DNA of 56,477 bases, taken from the NCBI GenBank assembly GCA_035480535.1, contig DATIHQ010000121.1:1-56477 (forward strand). Direction: 5' to 3'. Under the pieces are notes generated by a model, which ran no database searches, was not told the origin of the DNA, and saw only the letters and a program-made list of their open reading frames with translations. A program made the position numbers and the translations under genes. This document shows positions 48,426 through 56,477 of this stretch, in pieces; positions within the stretch are counted from its first letter, which is position 1, and each line of letters opens with the position of its first letter. Source of the stretch: Chlamydiales bacterium. Its GTDB lineage: Bacteria > Chlamydiota > Chlamydiia > Chlamydiales > SM23-39.

Positions 48426-49338
48426 AGAGAAAGGTTTGAGAAAACCACTCCCAAAAAGGGCTTTTTTTCCATTGAATCAGCTCTAAAAGTTCTTTTTCTT
48501 CCATTCGTTTCACCACACCGTTCCCCTTTTTCTCAAAACGGGGCTCATCGAGACGGATATCAAAAAGAGCTTCCACTGTCTTGTAATTATATCCATGAAT
48601 GAAATCAGTTCCCCGAAACGGTCCTGAAAATTCTTTTTGGACTAAATCGACCCAATTTTTATCCCCTCTGTGCCCCCATGCACACACTTTTTTTAACATC
48701 TCCTCCGGCGTCCGAACCCAGCTATAGTGGTGAAACATCGGCTCCCCGTTGATGCCGATCACATGGCGCCGCTTGGGCCCTGGCAGAAGATCATAAATCG
48801 CATCCCGTTCCTCTCTTCGAAGTAAAAGATCGGGGTTTATCGCCCTCCTCTGCGCCAGGACGACCGAATCTTCCCAGCGAAGCGCCTGATATTGCGGTTC
48901 CCTGAAATACCAATAATTCGCCATTTTCAAGGTCATATGGCCATGATAATCGCTGCAATCGAGCCATTCGGCGAACCTTTTCCCATCGGGAACTTCATCT
49001 GCATCTAGAAAAAGGACCGCTTCAATATCGTCATCTAGAAAAGAAAAGCCTGCCAATCTCGATAAACTATGCCAAAAATGGGCTGGGTCGATCATTTTCC
49101 AAATTCTTTTTGGAATTGCCTCGGGAATGTAAGGATATTCTACAAACAGGCACCCGGGAAAGGCCCCGTAGATCTCTTCCAAAAGAGCTCGATTCTCCGC
49201 AGTTCCATCAAAAAAATGATCGCAAACAGAGACGATGACTTGGCGGGAAAAAATTTGGCATTGTTCAAGGCAAGATTTGATAAATCGCCTTTCATTCGAA
49301 CAAAAATTTACTATAGCCGCAATTGGATGCTTTTCCAT
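48415..49338 (-). CDS. GT-A fold glycosyltransferase-like protein
   Basis: NE.RFIKSCL start, FLDADE (DxD), HHYSW. Confidence 0.65.
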   Translation of the reverse strand: MEKHPIAAIVNFCSNERRFIKSCLEQCQIFSRQVIVSVCDHFFDGTAENRALLEEIYGAFPGCLFVEYPYIPEAIPKRIWKMIDPAHFWHSLSRLAGFSFLDDDIEAVLFLDADEVPDGKRFAEWLDCSDYHGHMTLKMANYWYFREPQYQALRWEDSVVLAQRRAINPDLLLRREERDAIYDLLPGPKRRHVIGINGEPMFHHYSWVRTPEEMLKKVCAWGHRGDKNWVDLVQKEFSGPFRGTDFIHGYNYKTVEALFDIRLDEPRFEKKGNGVVKRMEEKELLELIQWKKSPFWEWFSQTFLFTR

Positions 49339-49367
49339 ATTCCCGTCTTATACTACGATGAGGATAT

Positions 49368-50714
49368 ATGAATATCGTAATTTTAGGCGCTGGGAAAACA
49401 GGTTCGTATGTCGCCTCTGTCCTTTCTGAAGAAGAGCACAATGTCATTCTGATCGACAAAGATGCGAAGATTTTAGAAAAGGTAAGCCGCGAAACGGATG
49501 TAGCCACCCTGCATGCCTACGCCCCCAGCTGGAAACTCTTTGAAGATCTCACGGAAAACAACCCCGACCTCTTCTTTGCGGCTACAGGCGATGATGAGAC
49601 GAATCTCGTCTCCTGCGCGATTGCGAAGAATTTGGGATTCCCCAAAACAGTGGCCCGGGTTCAAGCCCGCGACTACATCAATCATTCCCGTCTTGATTTT
49701 GGCCGCCTCTTCTCTGTCGATTACTTCATTGGCCCAGAACTCCTCGCAGCGCAAGATCTCTTTAAAACTCTCATCCATTCAGGCGATGTGGCAGTGGAGC
49801 ATTTTGCCCACGGTTCCATCCAGATGCGCACCATTAAAATCCCTGTCAAGTGGGATCGAGGCCATCTCCCCATCCGCGATCTTCACCTCCCCGAAGATCT
49901 GATTGTAGGACTCATCCGGCGTAAAGTAGGCGAAGAAGACAAAATCATTTTCCCGCATGGCGATGACACCCTTCTCCCCGATGATGAAGTCACTGTAGTG
50001 GGCGAGGCGAAAGTCATTCATCGCCTCCATGAGATTTTCCATTCTCCGGAGCATCCCATTCGCTCCATCGTACTCGTTGGAGGCTCTCCCCTAGCTGTCC
50101 ACCTCACCCATTTCCTAACGCAGCAACGGGTGGCTGTCCGTGTGATTGAAGTGGATCGATCGCGCTGCGAAGAGCTCACAGAACTTCTCCCTCTTGCGAC
50201 CATCATCAATCGCGATGGCCGAGACCCTGAGCTCATGCGCGCAGAGCGAATCCAAGATTCCGACGCTCTCGTAAGCTGCACGCACCACGATGGCACCAAT
50301 CTCCTCATCGCTTCCCTAGCAAAACAAATTGGCTGCCCCAAATCGATCGCAGTCATTACCGAAGCCAATTACACTCCCATATTGGAAAAAATAGGCGTTC
50401 TTCCCGCTCTTTCTGCTCGCGTCAATGTCTCCAACCGGATTCTTTCCATTCTTCATGAAAACACGATTCTCTCCATTGCCTCGTTAAGCAATGATCAGGC
50501 CAAAATAGTCGAACTAAAAATCGCTCCCTCATCCAAAGTTGTCGGCATTCCTCTTGCAGATCTTTCTCTTCCCAAAGATCTCCTCATCGCAGTTATTGAA
50601 AGCAAAGGGCGCGTGATGGTCGGCCGCGGGAATCGAATCCTTTGCCCAGATGACATTGTCATCGCCATCTGCCATCCGCATCAAATCCCCCAACTCCAAA
50701 CCCTATTCAATTGA
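49368..50714 (+). CDS. trkA: Trk system potassium uptake protein TrkA
   Basis: ILGAGKTG, ATGDDETNLVSC, two RCK_N/RCK_C repeats. Confidence 0.93.
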   Translation: MNIVILGAGKTGSYVASVLSEEEHNVILIDKDAKILEKVSRETDVATLHAYAPSWKLFEDLTENNPDLFFAATGDDETNLVSCAIAKNLGFPKTVARVQARDYINHSRLDFGRLFSVDYFIGPELLAAQDLFKTLIHSGDVAVEHFAHGSIQMRTIKIPVKWDRGHLPIRDLHLPEDLIVGLIRRKVGEEDKIIFPHGDDTLLPDDEVTVVGEAKVIHRLHEIFHSPEHPIRSIVLVGGSPLAVHLTHFLTQQRVAVRVIEVDRSRCEELTELLPLATIINRDGRDPELMRAERIQDSDALVSCTHHDGTNLLIASLAKQIGCPKSIAVITEANYTPILEKIGVLPALSARVNVSNRILSILHENTILSIASLSNDQAKIVELKIAPSSKVVGIPLADLSLPKDLLIAVIESKGRVMVGRGNRILCPDDIVIAICHPHQIPQLQTLFN

Positions 50715-52330
50715 TGGTCATTCCCCAAATCCTGCAAATCTTGGGCAAATATCTTTTCTACCTCGCCATTGCCCTTTGCCTTCCCCTATGTCTCGCCTTT
50801 TACTACGAATTTCTCGCCAACCCGAATCTCCATCCCCAACCCCACAGCACCTTTGCCTTTTTTATCGCCTTCCTCATTTCTCTGATCGCAGCCCTTATTT
50901 TCCGCTCTTTTGGACGCAAGAACATTGGACAGCTCTATCGCCGCGAAGGCATTCTCCTCGTCGTCCTCATTTGGTTTGTCACTTCGCTCATTAGCGCCCT
51001 TCCTTTCTACTTTAGCCGCACCCTCACCAATCCTCTCGATGCCTACTTTGAGGCGATGTCGGGCCTCACCACCACAGGCGCCACTCTCATCTGCCCCAAA
51101 TCTTACAATCCGAATACAGGAGAAGAGGTCCCCGTCTATATCACAAATCCCCATGTCCCAGACAAAACCTACACCTACTGGGGCACGGTAGCACCCATCC
51201 GCGACCCGCAAACAAACCTGATCCAATATTCTGGAATTGAAGCTGTCGGGAAAGCGCTCCTCTTTTGGCGCAGCCTCCTCCAGTGGATCGGCGGTATGGG
51301 AATCGTCGTGATTTTCCTCACCGTTCTCCCAGCCCTCGGCGTTGGCGGCAAATTCCTCTACCAAATGGAAATGACCGGTCCCGTCAAAGATGAAATCACC
51401 CCTCGCGTCCGTCAAACTGCCTCGCAGCTCTGGAAACTCTATCTCTTCCTCACCCTTCTAGAAATTTCCCTTCTCGTCGCAACCAATCGCGAAATGCCCT
51501 TCTTCGATGCGCTCTGCATTTCCCTCTCTAACATCTCCACCGGCGGCTTTTCCATCCGCAACGACAGCATTGCCAGTTATCAAAGCTCCGCCACCGAATG
51601 GATCGTCCTCACCTTTATGATCCTCGGCAGCATTAACTTTTCTCTCTACTTCCACGCCATTCGCTTTAAATTCTTCCGCACCTACGTCCCCGACTTCTTC
51701 CTCTTCCTCGCCACCGCCGCTCTTGGCTGCCTAGCCGTCTCCCTTTTTCTCATCGGAGATAACTACACCATTGGCGACGCCTTTCGAGAAGGAAGCTTCC
51801 AAGCCATTTCAGCGCAAACCACCACCGGCTTTATCACCGCTAATTACGACCGTTGGCCCTTTGCCTCCCAAATGTTCATGCTCCTCCTCATGTTTATCGG
51901 CGGCATGTCAGGTTCAACCGCTGGCGGTATCAAGACATCCCGATTCTACATCCTCTACAAAATTGTCCTTCACCGCCTCGAGTCGATCTACCGCCCTGAC
52001 AGCATCCGTAGACTCCGCATCGGCTCCGCAGAAATCGATGATAAAAACGCCCTCACCGTCCTCGCCTTCTTCTGCATCGTCGCCTTCTTCACCATTCTCG
52101 GCACCGCCTCCCTCGTCCTCGACGGCATCGATCCCGAATCATCCCTCGGCCTCATCGCCTGTTTTATGAACAATGTCGGCATGGCCTTCCGCGCCGCCGG
52201 TCCCACAGGCTCCTTCGCCTTTCTTTCCCCCTTCGCCAAAATCCTCGCCATCTTTTGGATGCTCCTCGGCCGTCTCGAGTTCTACGTCGTCCTCCTCCTC
52301 TTCCTCCCCTCCTTTTGGAAAAACAAATGA
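50714..52330 (+). CDS. trkH: Trk system potassium uptake protein TrkH
   Basis: FEAMSGLTTTG, WIGGMG, STGGF, TTTGF, FIGGMSGSTAGGIK, MLLGRLE. Confidence 0.94.
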   Translation: MVIPQILQILGKYLFYLAIALCLPLCLAFYYEFLANPNLHPQPHSTFAFFIAFLISLIAALIFRSFGRKNIGQLYRREGILLVVLIWFVTSLISALPFYFSRTLTNPLDAYFEAMSGLTTTGATLICPKSYNPNTGEEVPVYITNPHVPDKTYTYWGTVAPIRDPQTNLIQYSGIEAVGKALLFWRSLLQWIGGMGIVVIFLTVLPALGVGGKFLYQMEMTGPVKDEITPRVRQTASQLWKLYLFLTLLEISLLVATNREMPFFDALCISLSNISTGGFSIRNDSIASYQSSATEWIVLTFMILGSINFSLYFHAIRFKFFRTYVPDFFLFLATAALGCLAVSLFLIGDNYTIGDAFREGSFQAISAQTTTGFITANYDRWPFASQMFMLLLMFIGGMSGSTAGGIKTSRFYILYKIVLHRLESIYRPDSIRRLRIGSAEIDDKNALTVLAFFCIVAFFTILGTASLVLDGIDPESSLGLIACFMNNVGMAFRAAGPTGSFAFLSPFAKILAIFWMLLGRLEFYVVLLLFLPSFWKNK

Positions 52331-53121
52331 GTGAGCCAGTTGCAAAACCCCAATTTCAGCCCAAATCCGCGCTTTTGCCGCCGGATTCGGTCCCGTCGCA
52401 AATCGCCTATGGCCTTTCGGATATGTCAATTTGCGACGAGCGCGAACCGACGCCAAAATCATCGAATTTGTGCAAGAAAGCGGGTTTTGCAACTGGCTCT
52501 GTCAACTGGCACCAGCAATGGGCCCTCTTCGCCCAAAACTTTCATCACGGCAAAGCCCACATCTCCCTCGCCCCCTATAATTCTCCCCACACCCTCCGCC
52601 TCCTTCCCGGCCCAGGTTTCGGCGACCTCTCTCATCCCACCACACAACTCATGCTCTCCCTCATGCATCCCCACATCGCCAACCAACCCATCCTCGATAT
52701 CGGCACTGGCAGCGGCATTCTCACCCTCGCCGCCCTCCTCCTCGGCGCCCGCTCCGCCATCGGCATCGACATCGACCCCTCCGCCCTCACCCACGCCCGC
52801 GCCAACGCCCGCCTCAACAATCTTACTCCCCACTTCTCCCTCACCCTCCCGAAAACCCTCCCCCCGCAAAACATCCTCCTCCTCAACATGATCTTCCCCG
52901 AGCAGAAAATAGTGAATCCTCCCACCCTCAATCCCCACGCCAAACTCTGGATCGTCTCAGGCATCCTCGCCGAGCAGAAAAAAGCCTACCTACAACAAAC
53001 AGAACAATGGGGATGGACCCCTCTTTCAGAGCACACAAAAGACGGTTGGATGGGATGGATTTTCACATGTAAATTACCCCAAAAAACGAGGCGTTTTTCG
53101 GGGGCCCCTACCCAAATGTAA
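52327..53121 (+). CDS. prmA: Ribosomal protein L11 methyltransferase-like
   Basis: PGPGFGDLSHPTT, LDIGTGSGIL, GIDID, SGIL; ATGA overlap with the trkH stop. Confidence 0.8.
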   Translation: MSEPVAKPQFQPKSALLPPDSVPSQIAYGLSDMSICDEREPTPKSSNLCKKAGFATGSVNWHQQWALFAQNFHHGKAHISLAPYNSPHTLRLLPGPGFGDLSHPTTQLMLSLMHPHIANQPILDIGTGSGILTLAALLLGARSAIGIDIDPSALTHARANARLNNLTPHFSLTLPKTLPPQNILLLNMIFPEQKIVNPPTLNPHAKLWIVSGILAEQKKAYLQQTEQWGWTPLSEHTKDGWMGWIFTCKLPQKTRRFSGAPTQM

Positions 53122-53138
53122 AGCGCGCTTTACATTTG
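53079..53138. repeat. Palindromic repeat copy 3 (supplies prmA C-terminus and stop)
   Basis: CCAAAAAA-CG-AGGCG-T-TTTTCGGGGGCCCC-TACC-CAAATGTAAAGCGCGCTTTACATTTG; 26-bp perfect palindrome at 53113-53138. Confidence 0.88.
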
Positions 53139-53140
53139 AA

Positions 53141-53189
53141 AAATCTGAAATCTGAATTATGAAATCTGAAAACGTCGGGGCTCCGCCCC
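53141..53189. repeat. Heptamer tandem repeat plus GC hairpin
   Basis: AAATCTG AAATCTG AATTATG AAATCTG (53141-53168); GGGG-CTCCG-CCCC (53177-53189). Confidence 0.6.
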
Positions 53190-53334
53190 CGCTGCCCCCA
53201 GTGCCCTCAGATCTCTTAAAAACAGGACATACCTGATCACCCTATATATCTTCCTGGCGGCAACCTTATCAAATAACAGGCAGGACCCATTTCCAGCTGT
53301 TGAGATAAATCGGGAAAGTTCTCTAACTTTTAAA

Positions 53335-53814
53335 ATTGAAAGGGCAAGCCTCAAAAGTGAGCTAGAACAAATTGTTGATGTAATCAATTTAGCCTACCAA
53401 AGACAGCCCTTTAACCGAGCGGATAGACAACGCATTACACTCTCTCAACTAAATGAGATTCTTTTGAACCCAAATCATACGCTGTTTCTTCTGTATTCAG
53501 GGGAAAAGATTTGCGGAACTGTTCTCCTGAGCCAATCTGAGATTTCCCTTTTTGCAATACATCCAGCTTTCCAGGGACATGGTTATGGACAGCAGCTTCT
53601 TGTTGCTGCCGAAGAAGAAGCCTTTAAAGCCTATGACAGCGTTTTATTGAAAGTCATCCCCTTGTTCCAAGAGAAGTTGATTACTTACTATGAAAGTCTA
53701 GGCTACTGCTCTCAGGATGAACGCGAAGCCCTTTCGAAAGGAAAGCTGGATAGAATCCAAGAATGCTATCACGATGAAGTGTATGCGCTAATCCTGAGAA
53801 AAAACCGACCTTAA
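53335..53814 (+). CDS. GNAT N-acetyltransferase with no canonical start (possible pseudogene)
   Basis: Frame is open 53170-53814; IERASLKSELEQIVDVINLAY lies upstream of the first TTG (53464); FAIHPAFQGHGYG, YYESLGY. Confidence 0.65.
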   Translation: MERASLKSELEQIVDVINLAYQRQPFNRADRQRITLSQLNEILLNPNHTLFLLYSGEKICGTVLLSQSEISLFAIHPAFQGHGYGQQLLVAAEEEAFKAYDSVLLKVIPLFQEKLITYYESLGYCSQDEREALSKGKLDRIQECYHDEVYALILRKNRP

Positions 53815-53820
53815 TTCGAG

Positions 53821-54369
53821 TTACTTTTTCTGGAGTTTCAGATTGGGAGCGACAACGCCGTTTTGCCCCTGATACTGCTTCTGGGTGGTCTGCGCAATAT
53901 CTGTTGTGAGCTGGGTAAAGGATAATAGAGCTAAAGCCGTTCGATGGTGTAGGACAATATCAAAAGGCCCTTGATTTTTCATTTCTAGGACGATCGTTCT
54001 AGCTTCCTCGTAGTTTCCATCGATGATTCCAGAAGTGCAGTGAATGGCCAAGCCAATTCTTGCCACTGTGCTGCGTCCGTCCACGTGACATACAATATTC
54101 CGAGGAACCTGGAATTTCTCATCCGTGCTACCCAAAACAAATTGCCCGGGGCGCAGGATAAAACCCTCTCGCTGGATGGTTACGCGCTCGTACTTCACAT
54201 TTTCCCCGGCATCTAAATCGACCCTCTGCCCCTCAATAGGAACCAGGAGCTCGTTCCCTAAATGAAGACGGATCCCCGCCGGACGAATATCCACCGGGTT
54301 TAATTGCGGGAAAATCTTTATTTTTCCACTCTGGATGTACTCCGAAATGGTCTTGTCTGAAAGGATCAT
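53821..54369 (-). CDS. dcd: dCTP deaminase
   Basis: MILSD, LRPGQFVLGST.E, DGRSTVARIG, IVLE, YQGQ. Confidence 0.85.
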   Translation of the reverse strand: MILSDKTISEYIQSGKIKIFPQLNPVDIRPAGIRLHLGNELLVPIEGQRVDLDAGENVKYERVTIQREGFILRPGQFVLGSTDEKFQVPRNIVCHVDGRSTVARIGLAIHCTSGIIDGNYEEARTIVLEMKNQGPFDIVLHHRTALALLSFTQLTTDIAQTTQKQYQGQNGVVAPNLKLQKK

Positions 54370-54380
54370 AGTTCTCTCGA

Positions 54381-54402
54381 GAGCCGGGGGATCCCCCGGC
54401 TC
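54381..54402. terminator. GC-rich hairpin downstream of groEL (terminator or mRNA-stabilising stem)
   Basis: GAGCCGGGGGATCCCCCGGCTC, a perfect 22-bp palindrome 15 bp after the groEL stop; no U-tract in the groEL direction. Confidence 0.55.
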
Positions 54403-54417
54403 AAATTTTCCTGATTC

Positions 54418-56109
<1,692 letters not shown>

Positions 56110-56116
56110 TCACCCC

Positions 56117-56410
56117 TTAATTCAAAACAGCTAAAACATCTTCTTCAGACATGATGAGGTAATCGCTCTCATCGGCTTTGTATTCTGTCCCCGCATAGGA
56201 AGAAAATAGAATGTTATCACCCACTTTTACATCCATTTGGCAATTTTTCCCTTTCTCATCCGTTTTCCCGGGACCGACTGCCACGACTTTGCCTTGGCGC
56301 GGTTTTTCTTGAGCTGATTCAGGAAGGAGAATCCCTCCCTTTTTTGTTTGGACTTCTTCTCTTTTTACAACAATTCGGTTGCCAAGAGGTTTAATTTTCT
56401 TTTCAGACAT
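56117..56410 (-). CDS. groES: Co-chaperonin GroES
   Basis: IKPLGNRIVV, GGILLPESAQEKP, VGPGK, KVGD, EEDVLAV; start trimmed to MSEKK. Confidence 0.97.
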   Translation of the reverse strand: MSEKKIKPLGNRIVVKREEVQTKKGGILLPESAQEKPRQGKVVAVGPGKTDEKGKNCQMDVKVGDNILFSSYAGTEYKADESDYLIMSEEDVLAVLN

Positions 56411-56445
56411 AAACACATCTCCAATCTTAAGTAAAATTTGCACCT

Positions 56446-56474
56446 ATCGTAGATTGGAAACCGATTTCTGTCAA
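56446..56474 (-). promoter_or_regulatory. sigma66/sigma70 promoter of groES-groEL
   Basis: TTGACA-17 bp-TACGAT on the minus strand. Confidence 0.75.
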
Positions 56475-56477
56475 GAG

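Overview
Chromosomal segment of an environmental Chlamydiota (Chlamydiae) genome. The lineage is inferred from a MOMP/OmpA-family porin, chlamydial-type SecA and RsbU, the gpsA-UAP, ruvC-ruvA, CT556-lpdA-lipA, glgC-CT488 and mutL-pepP neighbourhoods (CT numbers recalled from C. trachomatis, not searched), and sigma66-like promoters. It is very gene-dense: about 57 CDS (the first runs off the left edge) and one tRNA-Arg(ACG). Most genes are housekeeping (nnr, gpsA, waaF, ruvCA, mnmE, nth, psd, secA, lpdA, lipA, glgC, pepP, mutL, cca, rsbU, rsgA, eno, fumC, ahpC, trkAH, prmA, dcd, groESL). No CRISPR array, transposase, integrase, rRNA or intact prophage is visible. Points of most interest: (1) a roughly 60-bp palindromic repeat family (core AATGTAAAGCGCGCTTTACATT) in three copies, all oriented the same way relative to transcription; one copy is in-frame inside a CDS and two supply stop codons. 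(2) Two unrelated 170-180-nt intercistronic elements with long terminal inverted repeats (MITE or structured RNA). (3) A CT556-CT575-like syntenic block in which the type III (sctJ-T), type II core (gspDEF) and translocator genes found there in C. trachomatis are absent and other genes stand in their place. (4) A GT9 glycosyltransferase-UAP pyrophosphorylase fusion. (5) A plant-type 3,5-epimerase/4-reductase carrying a signal peptide. (6) A frameshifted MYND zinc finger-papain-fold gene and two further papain-fold orphans. (7) A small protein resembling a stripped-down contractile tail sheath domain. All family assignments come from motif recognition by eye; no database searches were run.
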